A DNA stretch of 63,159 nt, counting the filler, from Vannella sp. (lineage: Eukaryota), in NCBI GenBank assembly GCA_023345925.1. It is 6 parts of 6 records of this genome, joined end to end, with 100 filler letters (N's around TTAATTAATTAA, not from the genome) between each part and the next. Parts side by side here need not be neighbours in the genome. Positions count along the whole stretch, not along the records: positions 33,675 to 43,052 come from JAJQQN010000978.1; positions 43,153 to 57,749 come from JAJQQN010000275.1; 4 more parts are not named here. One strand, written 5' to 3'. Positions 34,224-46,513 of the stretch are shown here, piece by piece. A program made the translations under genes and the position numbers. The notes under the pieces are model-generated. The model was not told the origin of the DNA. It did no database searches and worked only from the letters and a program-made list of their open reading frames with translations. Position 1 is the first letter of the stretch, and each line of letters starts with the position of its first letter.

Positions 34224-36384
34224 ATGAGTCTTGTTTCCCTGCTTGATGGAGACCTGGTCCTTACACCTCAACGGCTGGACGAAGCAGGAACGGAGAGGAG
34301 TTTGTGTGGAGGGTTCCTCCTGGCGATGGCAGCGGGATTTGCTTTCGGTGTGCTGCTGGCTTTGCTTCAGCTCCTTCGGTATTCTGCTAGTCTGAAACAT
34401 CGTTTCATCTTTCAGAACCACGTGATCCTCCTCTCCCTCTTGCTGGCGTGTTGTGGTGCGCGGTCTCTTTCTTTCGTCTTGTTCTCGCGCCTTAATCGTT
34501 CGTAAGCTCGTCTTCTCGAGCAAATCCAACACAACATAGCTCTTGAATCGTTTCGACAGACCTTTGCACTGCAGCAGGCCCCCTCCACGCTTGTTTTCCT
34601 CGCTATCTCGACACTTCTCCTCACCTGGTGAGTAGCCCGCTCTCCCCCCTCATCTATCACTTCTAACAGACTCCCCTAGGCAGGACATATTTACCTTAGT
34701 GAGTGGTAAAGGCACCGGTGCTTCTCGGCGCCTGCACAGATTCACCTTCATCCTCAATGTTGCGGTAGTCCTTGGTATAGTGGCTGCGAGGCGATTTTAC
34801 CCTCAAGCTACACTAACTGCTATCCCTTTGGGCTTCATTCTTCTTGTGATAGGCTTTGGCTATCTGGGAGTGCCGAAATGGCGCCATCCGGAGGTGCAGC
34901 CAAGAGATAATGTCCCTCGAGCAGCGGCCTTTCACCGTGTGAGTGTTCTGACATTCAGTAGTTTGCTTTGTTACCTGTTGTGGACCGTACTATTCTGTGT
35001 CACATCCGTTCTGCCTTTCAGTGAGCAAGAATGGGTTTGGGTGCAGGGAGGAGAGCTTCTTGTTGTGCTTGTCGTTCTCACGCAAGTTCATCATCTGTCT
35101 GACTTCTCTTCGCTTTCTCTTCCGCTTGAATTTACCCCGCAATGGCTGACCATGTTGTTGCGCGAGCAAGGGCTCATGCATTATTCGAACCGGATTGTCT
35201 CTATTCCTCAGACGCTCCATCTCACTGGAGGGTGCCATTCGTCTGTGAGAAAAGTCAATCTAATTTACCAGAAGGCGACGCCCTGGTTGCCACCTGCAGT
35301 TATCATCAAAGTCATGACATGGGACCGTAGTTTTGGCGCCAAAGTGGCTTTGGCGGTCAGGAGATTCCTACCTGAAGTATTTCATACCAAAGAAGTATCC
35401 TATTTACAATCGTATGAGATCGAAAGTCATTTCTACAAAGAAATCGCCGCCGAATGCCGCGGTCTTATTGTCCCTCGAGTCTATTATAACTTTGCTGACA
35501 TCTTCAATCACCGTTTTGGCATGATTATGGATGACGTTACGCAAAGAGATCAGATGCAGAAGCCAATGGAGGACGGTCAACCGAATGGATTCAATTTGAT
35601 GGATTGCCGCGTTATTGTAGCCCATTTGGCTCACTTCCATGCCTGGTTTTGGGGACACTCACAGCTGCTTCGATTTAAGGTTTGGTCTGTTGGTGGCTAC
35701 TACACTGGTACGAAGAGGGGCGCACTCAAACAAGAAGTTCAAAAGCACTGGGCTCTTGTTTTGTCCCAAATTGGGAGTGCGTTGGACTTGTTGAGATTTC
35801 AGGATCTTGGCGATCGGCTGCACCGTAATCGTAACGTTCTTCATTCGATCTACCACCCAGATAAGCTAACAACTCTAATCCACGGTGATTTCAAAGTCAG
35901 TAACATCTTCATTGATCCTTCCCCGATCTTGCCCTTGGCTCCCACTGTGAACAGCAAGAAGTTTGTGAATCAGTTCATCACCCAAACGACGGAAGCAAGC
36001 GGGCGGACGGTGAGCGTGATTGACTGGCAATGGGTTGGGCTTGGCACTGGAGTGGTCGATTTGGCCTATTTTCTGGCCACAAGCCCGTTCCTTAACTCGA
36101 TTGACCGACTGAGTATGAAAAAATACGCGAAAATCTACCACGCAGTCCTAGTCGACAGAGGAGTGGCCAATTATCCGTGGAAGACCTGTTGGGCGGACAT
36201 GCGTTATGCCTTTCTGGACTTCCTAGTGTACGTCATCTGCTGCAAGTGGAGTTCAATGACTCTCTCCGACTTTGAGTCCAACCGCCAAGCAGGGAAAGAC
36301 GGGCTCCACCTTCGCTCTTTGCCTCACATTCGCAAACTCATTTCAACAGCAGATTACTTTATGAACACTTTAGGGCTTGATTGA
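34224..36384 (+). CDS. THH1/TOM1/TOM3 (GPR137-like) 7TM domain fused to an EcKL/APH-fold small-molecule kinase
   Basis: Two introns (about 34456-34506 and 34629-34679) give seven hydrophobic segments with TOM1-like motifs (LLALLQLLRY, APSTLVFLAISTLLLTWQDIF, FILNVAV, GELLVVLVVL). Kinase motifs follow: ESHFYKEI, PRVYY, LAHFHA, LIHGDFKVSN, VIDWQW, DLAYFL. Confidence 0.8.
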
Positions 36385-36443
36385 GGCACACCCCATCTTC
36401 CCTGTACTTTATCCTCTTTGTAAACTAATAAAGGAGCTTATCC

Positions 36444-38123
36444 TTATCCTTCAAAGGGGGGCTCAACGCTACGGTGGCGTTTTTGAGGGTGGCAGGGTCC
36501 CGATTCTCTTGTGGAATCAGGAGAACGGTGCAGTTGATGTCTCAGGTGACTATCCGATGTTTCTTTCTGATTCATTTGCCTTCTCATAAATCCCACCAGC
36601 GCGCCGTGGCCATGAGACTGGGCCAGGAAAGGATCAGACACCAATTGCTCCGCCGAAGGTCGCTTCAGAGCGTCTTGGGTCCAACATTTTTCTAAAAAGT
36701 GCCCGCAGAGTGAACTGATGTTTCCTGGTATGAGAGGATGCAAAGTATCAGGCTCTGGAATAGGAGAATGCCCAACAACCATTTCGAATAACAAAGATCC
36801 AACGCTCCAACTGTCAGAGACCTCCAGGCACAGTCCTGACCTGGCTTCTGGCGCGGAGTAAACAGAGGGAGTTTGCAAGGTTGGGTCCGCCAGGAACCCG
36901 CTGAGCTTGACAATGCCTTTTGTGGAAATCAGAATCTGAGAAGGTTCGATTCCGGCATGGACGATTCCGGCCGCATGGAGATGACTAAGAGCTTTCAGCA
37001 ATTGGCAAATCACCACGCTTGCTGCAGCTTCACTCATTGGGCGATTTCCCTTTCGTAGTTGAGCCAAAGAGAAGTCGAGAAGCTCTCGGAAGATGAAGAA
37101 TTCTCCCGTTACCTCATCCGACCCCACGCCAAAGTGCTTGACCAGATGCTGGTGCGGATGCTTCCTCATCAGCTGTACACTCTTGCAACAAACATTGCGG
37201 CTCTTGGAAGTGGGCTGAAGAATCTGTTTCGCACACAATCGAGAATTGCCGATTCGGGCTTCCCAGAACACACTCGAGGAGCCCTCTGCAATCTGCCGTA
37301 TGCGCTGGACACTGCTGAGGTCCTTCAAATGCCACATTGGCTCTGGTTTCTCCAACTTGGCGGCCGAGTGAAGCGAAGACCGCCTTTCCCACTTGGACCG
37401 TAAAAGGTCATTCTGGGGGCGTTCTCTCTTTGTGTGACTGGAGAGTAAGCTCTCCATGCGTTGCTCGAAGAGTTCGTTGTCCAGATCATCAATGCGCAGC
37501 TGTTCGAAGCGTTTGCTGATGGCTTTGCTTTGGTGTTCGCTCTCTAATCGCTCGATGTCCTTCTCTACTTGTTGCATCTGTTGCTGGTCTAAGTCTAAGT
37601 AGTGTTGGAGGTCTTCGGTGTGTCCTGGAGCGCCCCACAGTTACTTCTCGGATGAATACTGAGAGGTTGAGAGTACCTTTGGTAAACTGGCGCCTTTTCC
37701 AGTCGCCAGGAGGCTCTGTTGTTACCACGCGCTTTGTAACAGTGTTATCTGAGTGTTAAATGGTTAATCAAGTCCTTAGGGGACTCCTAAGGGGTGTAAC
37801 GGACCTGCTTTGAGGGATGTGTGGCGCCAAATGAGTTGGTTCTTCTCCAGGGAGGGTCCACTTAGGCTGTTTCGCAGTTCGTTCTCTTTCTCTATCCACT
37901 CAGTATCTTCTTCACAAAGCATAGGAGCGGAGTTCCGCAAACGGAAGGAAATGGGGCGTGACAGCCGGCGCCTCCGTGCGTTCGGTGATTCTCGCTCGCC
38001 TGACGGACTTTGCGATACGCCTCGAAGTGAGCCGAATGTATGGGTAACAGAAGAGCTAATGCTCCTACTCAGCGAGCGCTGCCGCCTCCTCACAGGACGT
38101 TCTCTCTCGGGAACCTCGCCCAT
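36444..38123 (-). CDS. Protein kinase-like pseudokinase with low-complexity / coiled-coil N-terminus
   Basis: Kinase-fold remnants CAK, HQHLVKHFG, ALSHLH, YSAPE, DSWSVG, KRPSAEQL. HRD is replaced by HAG and DFG by SGF. Start approximate; introns near 37630-37680 and 37750-37790. Confidence 0.7.
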
Positions 38124-38217
38124 CCCTCTCCAGAGCGGCTTTGGAGAATGGTAGAGACTACTGCGAAAGTAGGCAGAGACGAGGGACGATGGCTGGAGTG
38201 GAGCGGCCATTGGGAGG

Positions 38218-40607
38218 ATGACGGAAGGGGAGAAACGGGTCTCCGTGAGGCTGGCGACTCGGATAGCTCGTCTTGTGCAAGCGGGGACGGCGGGGGAACG
38301 GGATGCAGTGTTGGTAGAGATGGAGGAGTGTACTCCTGGTGAGGTGGCGCAGGTGTTGGAGCACTTGAAGGGGCAGAATGGCCTTTTGGCGCCTTCCTCA
38401 CAGCCAGATCAGTTCTTCTCCTTCCTGCTAGCGTTCTTACACCTTCTGGGGCGTGACTCTCTTCGACATCCACCTTGGGACTCTTACATGCTGCGCCATA
38501 TCGGCTCTTTGGACCTCCAAATCAATGAAAGCCTCGCTCCTCTCCTCAAGGTGGGCCACTCCGAGACTTTGCAGAGACTCGCTAGCTTCTAATCCCTACT
38601 TGTATGCTTAGGAGATCGTTAGAGTCGACCATGATATGGCCCAGAAGCTCCTGGAACTCTACTTTAGGAGGGAAGAGCGAGTTCCTCTTGTGGAGAAGGT
38701 TCTCACGTTCTACTCGACCCAGCGAGTCAATCAGTTCTTTAAGATGTTGGAAGACTATATCAGCAACCCTCATCACACTCCCAGAGTCCTCCGGCTGCTC
38801 ACCAGCGTCACAGCAAAGCAAGGAGCCCATGTGGACAAGATTGCGGACTCCAAATGCCTCAAAGCACTGTGCGAAGTACTCCGCACCACCACTGAACTGT
38901 GTGTACTGGGCCAGGGAGTGATGATCTTAACTATGGTGCTCCCAGTCATCCCCTCGCAAGTGCCAAAGTTACTTCCCGCTTTTATGCGAGTTCTGTTTAA
39001 CGCAATGACCTTTCCTGCGCTTCCCCGCTCTGTTCAGCAGCAGATGGAATGGTTCCTGAAGCATATCTATGGCATGTACCCAAAGTCATTCACAGCCCAC
39101 TTGGAGGAAATGAACGGAATGTCGCCTCAGATACTGGCCAAGATGGAACCGCTGCTCTGTCAGATGCGCTTTAATACGGGACTTCTTAGTAAGATAGAAG
39201 ATGAGTTGAAAGTGGATCGGTGGCGCAATAAGGAGCCTTATGAGATTGTGGCCAAGTGCTTGGAAGGTGAATATCTCGATTTTGTGGCTCGCCCGCATCA
39301 CGGAATGGAGGATGTTGATGTCTATGAGCTCTATCAGTCATTGGATGATCCTGCGATGCTTCCAAATCTGGAAGATAATGACTTGGGTGCGTTATCGCGA
39401 GAAGGACAAAAGATTCTCCACTTGCAGGACCTTATAGAACAGAAGATCCTCTCCAGACCCCTCAAAGATGGAGAGCTTTGCTTCTCTCCGGACCAATTGG
39501 AACCGAGATTGATCCTCCTCCGAAACGAATTGATTTTTGAGCGTTATCTTCAACGCCAATATCTCCGCCGTTTAAGGAAGTACCAAGCTCAGTCGGTCCC
39601 TCCTATTGTGGTAGAATCTGCAACAGAGGACAGTCAAGCAAAGGATCTTCAAATCCAACAATTGACAAAGCGCAATGGAGAACTAAACCGAAGAATGCGG
39701 AATTTAGAGGCCAAGTACTCTTCGGTGCGTTCTCTGCTTGGCAATTCTAGCAACGCGCTCAAACTATCATTCTAGTGGGAAACAGATATCATTCATCGGG
39801 CTGATAGCACTCAGCAGCAATTGAACAACTTGCAAGAGATCCACCGGCTCGTTGTTGTTGAATTGGAGGAATCCCGGGTGAGGACAGACTCCGATTGAAT
39901 CAAAGGAGGTTTCTTATGTTATGGTAGCGAGAGCATTCGGCCCTCCAGGAAGAGTTCTTGAGGAAGACAATCGAGTCCCAAGATATCCGCTTGCAACTAA
40001 CGTCCTTTCAAAGGGAGCAGGCAGCTTTCTTTGCTCCCTACAAGAACTGCAGTCTTAGTTTAGCCCGAGATCTTCCCATTTGGTACGTGGCCTGAGTTTC
40101 TGTGGGATGCATTCTGATGAACAAGTCACTTCAAAAGGGAACAAAACTATTCTCGAGCTTGCTCCAATGCCCAAGCTGCTTCTCTGGCCAACGAAGCCAT
40201 GAAGGAAAAAGAAGACGTTATTTACAGTCTCCGCAGCCGCATTGAAACCGACGCTCTCAAGATGAAGTGAGAAAGCAAACAAAACGCGCCAAAACTGACC
40301 TCCTCTTCTTCAAAGCACTTTGTCCGAGCAGCTTCAAGATTTGAAGCAGACTTTGGGCGCTAAGACAGAGCAGCAGCAAGTGACTGCATCGGACATTAAG
40401 AAACTGCACTTTGCCATCCAACAACAAGCGGAAATGGCCAACAAGAAGATCGGCGCAGTCGAGGCCAAATACCAAACTCTCCGGAAAATCAATTTGGCCT
40501 TGGAAGTGCGTTTTCCTCCTTTTCCTATCCTCTGCCTTCCTCACCATCTCTTCTAGAAACGCTGCGGCCAACTTTGCGCTCAGATTGAAGAACGCGCAAA
40601 TAACTAA
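38218..40607 (+). CDS. TSC1: Hamartin (TSC1)-like protein, multi-exon
   Basis: ILTMVLPVIP, HIYGMYPKSF, MEPLLCQMRFN...DELKVDRWRNKEPYEIVAKC, LLRNELIFERYLQRQY, then a long coiled coil. Confidence 0.82.
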
Positions 40608-40768
40608 TCTTATCTGAATTGAATCGGAACTCATTTGATCGATGATGGCCTCCTGGTTCGCCAGTGGCTGGCTCGGCCATCAAGAGTTGTTGTCAGTTGA
40701 CCTCTAAACGGCCCTTAGAAGGAAGAAGAAGCGCTGGGAAAGGTAATGGGAATCATTCTTTGTTGGAG

Positions 40769-41498
40769 ATGCGCTCTTGGTTGCTTCTTCTGGTCTGGGT
40801 GGGCTGCGTTTGGTGCTTTACGGTAGAAGGGCAGATCCACAAAGGAGGTAGGTCAGCGGTAGAGATGAAGGAAGCTGAAAGGGAGTGTAGTGGAGGCTCC
40901 TTCGGCCATGCGAGTGCAACTCCAAGGTAATGAAGGTCGCTTTACCGCCATACCCCGGCTGGATGGCTCGTTCATCGTGTTCGTCAGATCAAAGCTCTTC
41001 TGTAGCTCTCTAACTCTGTCCTAGACGTGATGTGCCCGCCGGGGCGTACCTTTTGGACGTCCTTTCGGTGACGTATAACTTTACCACCCTCCGTGTGGAC
41101 ATCAGCGCCAAGCACAACGGCGCGGTGAAGGCCAGAAGCACTTCTGATATGAATACCTTCCTCCCATACCCGCTAGAGATGAGCCCTTCGTCGCTCTTAT
41201 ACTTAATTCAAGTGAGAAGGTCGATCACTCGGATCAGCGCTTTCCTGACCCCCTCTTTGCTAGAAGCGGCCACCCTATGACTTTTCAGGGATGTTCCGTA
41301 ATCTCTTATTCATGGGTGGGCTCTGTGGACTGCTCATTATCGCCTTCCGCCAGTTCGGTGAGGAACCCTCCTCCCCCCGTCATTCTCTCGCTCACTTAGG
41401 CGCCCGGGCCCCTTCCTTGTACCGTAACAGATGCGGAAACAATGAAAGAAGGCATGAAGGCACTCAAAGAGATGCAAGAAGAAGCCAAAAAGGACTAA
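40769..41498 (+). CDS. EMC7: ER membrane protein complex subunit 7
   Basis: Signal peptide; DGSF; DVPAGAYLLDV...LRVDISAK..VKAR; LPYPL; TM after MFRN; several introns. Confidence 0.8.
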
Positions 41499-41610
41499 AA
41501 CTCGAAAGAATGTCCCCTGGCGCTCCCCCCTTCTCACAGGAACGCTCTCAAGTGCCGATAGCAGCCCCGCTGGGAGTGCAGAGGTGCAAGTGATTCACTT
41601 TCTGGGCTCA

Positions 41611-42823
41611 ATGGAGGTTTGGAAGCGTCTGGCGCTGATCGTTTTGGGAGCGAGTTTGTTCCTTTACTGGAGGAACTCGGCGGACTGGGCTGATGACAGG
41701 CATCTCTCTCATCTGCCGATGTACCAGGAGGTCTCAGAAGACGAGCGAGTGCCGAGCGCGTCCGCGCCGGGAGTGGAATTACACGTTCGGCGATGGCCCG
41801 TTGAGGATGCCAGGTACGCTGATGCTCCGTTGTGGGGGTGCGTGTCATGACGGAGAGCTATGGTAGAGGTACGATCTTCCTGGTGCATGGCTTCGCGGAG
41901 CACGTGGGCCGTTATGAAGAGCTGGCAGCGCGTTTGAACGAAGCGCAGTTTAGCGTGTTTGGTTTGAGCCACCAAGGCCATGGCAAGTCAGGAGGGGATC
42001 GTGTTCACGTTAAGTCGTTCCAAAGCTATACGGAAGACCTTCTCTCCTTCGTGGAAGCCATCCGGAAAGAGCGCCCGAGCGAAAGTGGAGTTCCTCGGTA
42101 CCTTCTCGGGCACTCTATGGGCGGTGCCATCGCCCTGCAGACTGTGCAAGCGAGACCTGATATGGTAGGATGTTAGCACACCCCTATACGTCGTATCTGA
42201 CCGCAGAGGAAGTGGGACGGCGTTGTCCTTTCGGCTCCCGCTTTGGAACCCCTTCCGGACGCCCTTTTCTGGCTGGCCAAGTGCGTGGGGAGGCTTTAGG
42301 GTTGTTTCTAATTGGCACACTACCTTAGGAGCCTCCGTGCTATCGGAATGAAGCTTCCATTGATCGGATACTCGCTCGACCAAGAAGGCCTGAACAGCAT
42401 TCCCAGCGAAGGTGCGTTCCCCTTCGCTCCCTTCCGGTTGAATCTGATAAGAGCAGTGGAGAAGTATCTTGCCGATGAATTGATCTATCATGGGAGCATG
42501 AGGGTGGGCTGGGGAGCCAGTATAATGGAAGCCATCAGGCACATCCGAAGTCATGCTCCGAGCTTTCACGTTCCTTTGCTGATTGTTCACGGCGCTGAGG
42601 ACACTATCACTCCTAGTAGCGGCTCTCAAAGCTATTTCGCAGCGCTTCCCGCCCAAAAGCAGAATCAATTCGTCATTTACCCCCGCCTTCGCCACGAACT
42701 CTTCCACGAAGTGGACAAAGAGGTGCGTAGGACAGCGATTGCCCTCGTTCTGACGTGGAAATGATGTAGAAAGTCATAACAGACATCCTGCAATGGCTTG
42801 AAGCCAATCTGGTCAAGAGATGA
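41611..42823 (+). CDS. Monoacylglycerol lipase / lysophospholipase (Hydrolase_4) with N-terminal membrane anchor
   Basis: VHGFAEHVGRY, HQGHGKSGG, GHSMGG, LSAP, HGAEDTI, RHELFHE. Confidence 0.88.
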
Positions 42824-43052
42824 ACCGACTTTTCGGCTTTCGTCCCCGTCTGAGACTCAAAGGAGGATGTCAACCAATCCAAACCAATCCAAACCCTTCA
42901 AAGCCATTGGAATCGAAGAATTTAAGCTGTTTTATGGTTACCTCACCTCAATTCAGGTTTCTTTTTACAAACGAAAACTGGTTTGTCTGACTTCAAAACG
43001 GGACTGACAAACGTTGGCTCATTTCTTTTCAAACGCTTTATTTGGTAATGTC

Positions 43053-43152
43053 NNNNNNNNNNNNNNNNNNNNNNNNNNNNNNNNNNNNNNNNNNNNTTAA
43101 TTAATTAANNNNNNNNNNNNNNNNNNNNNNNNNNNNNNNNNNNNNNNNNNNN
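43053..43152. other. Artificial contig linker
   Basis: 44 N + TTAATTAATTAA + 44 N. Confidence 0.98.
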
Positions 43153-43186
43153 TCCCGCGCGGGGGACCAAGCGGCAGCAAGCAAAA

Positions 43187-46100
43187 TTACTTCCGGTCTC
43201 CTCGGCGGTATTGGCGCTTGATGTTGTCGAAGAACAAGAACGCGAACAGCGAGGGAATGAGGACCAGCCACTGGGCAGCGAAGGGGAGACCTCCACTGGA
43301 CACTTGCTGCATGGAAGGTTAGGAGAGGAGAAGGGATGAAGACAGGGGTGACGTACTGTGTGGGGAATAGTGACGGTGAAGAGGGGATCAACTTCAACAG
43401 TCTCAAGAGAAGCAAGGAACTTTTCAGCATCAAAGGCAATGCCAGAAAGCTCAGCGTCGCGCTGCTTAGCGCGGAGCTGCTTCTGCTTATTCTCCTCATT
43501 GTCAGCAGCACGTTGCTGATCAGCCTCACGGAAGAACTTGACAACATACTCGCCAGAAGGAGACTCAAGATGCAGGCTGTTCCAGCTGGCCACGTAGCTA
43601 TCCTCAGAGACACCAACGGGGACGGACTTGATCTGCTCGCCTTGGAAGAAGACTAAAGCACGGAGCTTGACATCGCGAAGAGCCACACCATTGCAAGACA
43701 GATCGAATTGAACAATGAAAGCGGTTTGAGAGCTGTAGAAGTCAGCAGAAGAGTAAATCTCAAAGTTCTCAACAATGTCACCACCAATGTCGACCTTGAC
43801 AGTGAAGGGCTTGCCGTTTACCAAGAGGGGAATAGCGTCACCGCCAGGTCCTTCAGCAACAAGTTCGAGGTCTCCACGGCCATCAACAGCGTTGGGGTTA
43901 ACCTTCCAGTTGACTGCAAGGTTGTCTCCGTCTTGAGTGGCAGGTAGGCGAGTGCTAACGAAAGACTTGCCCTTGGCGGCATCAAAGTGGTTGAGGTTCA
44001 GGAAGACTCCACCCTTCTGTCCAACGGCAACGGAAGCGCCGGTGAGCTTATCACGAACCTCGAAGCGGTAGGAAACATCGTTACCATAGAAGAACTTGGT
44101 GCTCTTGGGCTGCTCGAGGACCTTGGCCTCCAACTCAGCCTTAACCTCAAAGGTAATGGCCTCCTCTTGGATCTCGCTGTTGGCAGAATCGAAGTTGTCC
44201 AACTCGATTTGCTCACCAGAAGCAGCCTCATAGCGGAAGGAGACAACAAAGGCTCCCAAGGACTCGTAGGATGCGGGAACAGTGTACTTGAAGCTGTAGC
44301 GACCGCTCTCATAAACACCAACAAGAGTGCGAACGACGTCACCGCTGGAGGTTGCGATATCCAGAAGGAAGCTTCTCTCGGCAGCGTCCTTCTCGCTCAA
44401 CTCAGCGAGAGGAATGGCCTCACGGAGGTCAGCAAAAGTGGCGGGAACAAATGACACAGCGAAGGAGTCACCAAGAGAAAGGCTGCGATCCTCGAAGCGA
44501 ATGTCAGAGGCAATCATGGGGACTGAGAGGGTGTAGACGACGGGCTGATCAGCATAACTGGAACCGGCAGCGTTCAGAACAGAAACAACGAAAATCAACT
44601 CTCCAGAGGGGAGATCAGCCTTCTTGAGGGTGTAGGCAAAGTGGAATGCCTCGCTGTTATCACGAGCGGAGAGCTTCTCTCGCGTGATGCTAACATAAGA
44701 AGAATCCAAGACGTTGAAGACAACGTCGAAGTCTCCAGACTTAATGTTGGAGTGAGTCTTGTTGGCAAGTTTGACGTCAAACTCGAACTCAGTTCCTGCG
44801 GAAACGGCCTCTCCAGGGTTGATAGAAGCGCCGGTGATAGTGGCAGTCGCGGAGGGGACAATATTGATCTTGTAGCCGATGGTCTTGGTGGCAGACTGGG
44901 TAAAGTGGATGGGGGCAACACCGGGTACGGACAACTGAATGTCATACTCGAAGGTGATGCTTCCAACACGGTTGCTAGTGTCAATGCCCTGGGGGGCAAC
45001 GTACTTTTGGTTGTCTTCGTCCCAAGCCATGCGAACAGTCTTAGAGGCCTCACTAGAAAGGATGAGACAGGATCAACACAAAGAGCACCCACTTACTCAG
45101 CGACAGAGTACTTGAGGGCAACGTTCAGGTTAGAGTGAGAGGGGCCGTTGAAGGAACGAACAACAATCTCGGGGCGGAGTTGGGTACCTTGGAGGATGGT
45201 GTTGCCACGGGAGTCGCTTCCTCCGTACTCAATGATGAAGTTGAAGTTATCAGAGAAGAGGGGAGTGTGGGCCAGTGCCTTGTGTGCAGCAGCAACCTCA
45301 GCAAGATCGGTGGGGACATTGCGGATGTAGTTAGCAATACCGTTGATATCAGTCTCCTCGACGTGATCCACCTCAGAGTACTCCTTCACAAGTCCAAGAG
45401 TCGCAAGAGCGAGCGCAGTGCTCTCGTAGCTTACGGTAGACTTTTCCAAATCAGCGAAGAAGGCACCATTGGGAGCCTGTTGGGAGATCACAAAGGTGGC
45501 GACTTGGTCGGCAGAGAGAACGTCTCCATTCAGAGCCTCCCAAATGAAGGTTCCGTAGTAGTTGGACTTGATCTGTAGAGTGTAAGGTTTGGTAACAAGG
45601 CAAGAAGACTAGTTCTTACTGCTGGGACATAGGTGAAAGCAAAGTACTTGCCAGATTCAGTTTCTGTCAAAGCAGCAGCGAGGACGGCGTTCAGTCCCTT
45701 GACTACGGAAGCAGGGATGGAGGCAATGCTGTCCAATGCCTTGAGAGTAGCAATGGCCTGGTAGGTTGACTTGATGTTACCACGACCACCAGGGATGTTG
45801 GCGAAAAGCTGGTCGTCAGACACGAGTCCGAGGACGTATTTGACAACAGCGCTGTTTTGGGGGATTTCACGGCCTAAGTATACATAAGAGAGAACAGCGT
45901 TGCTGTTGAATGTAAGTTTGAGCTCCAATGCCCCAACTAAAGCTTACTAGGTGGCCTCAAGAGTGGCGGAACTATCGGTGGTGATGGAGTATCCATTATC
46001 CTTGGTTCTCAAAGTCTGGAGGTATTGTTCACTTTGGAAGGAGTTGATCTGAACGAAGAAGGGTGAGGCTCATGTTATGGAGGACGAAGAGTAACAAACC

Positions 46101-46354
46101 TTGTTTCCTAGTCCGTAAAGGGAAGAAAGGAAGAGGGCGTTTGCAGTCGCCTCCAAAGAGGGAGCAGAGTTCACGTTAGACAAGAAAGCACCGGTCTGGG
46201 CGTCTTGGAACCGCGCGAGCTGTTGTGGGGCGTCGTTGAAGCCAGCCTTATCCCCGAATCACCAGTCAACTCCCATCATCATCTTAACCCAGCCATTCCA
46301 ACACACCTGAGCCACAAGAGCGAAGGCAAGGAGCAGGAGCGCCGCGGCCTTCAT
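43187..46354 (-). CDS. Large ER type I membrane protein: prenyltransferase-like helical repeats, beta domains, C-terminal TRAP-delta (SSR4)-like domain and TM
   Basis: Signal MKAAALLLLAFALVAQ; repeats such as LFANIPGGRGNIKSTYQAIATL; C-terminal TAFIVQFDLSCNG..LRALV..VPV..YVASW..H..SPSGEYVVKFF..PLFTVTIPH; TM and tail KRQYRRGDRK*. Confidence 0.75.
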
Positions 46355-46513
46355 TGGAAGTCCAGGAAGAGGTCAACTGGCTGCCACGTCCTCCTCCCCA
46401 AAATTTTCGTCAAACGAGACGATGAAGGACCTGCCACATCATCTTCTTCAAAAGGTCGCCACACTCATAAATATGAATTTTACTCACATTCCATTCATTT
46501 CTTCATTGGTCTG

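Noticed and set aside
46205..46513. N-terminal 103 aa of the 2214-aa ORF
   Set aside because: It starts at a non-ATG codon and overlaps the start of the divergent TRAP-delta-like gene. The signal peptide begins at ATG 46514.
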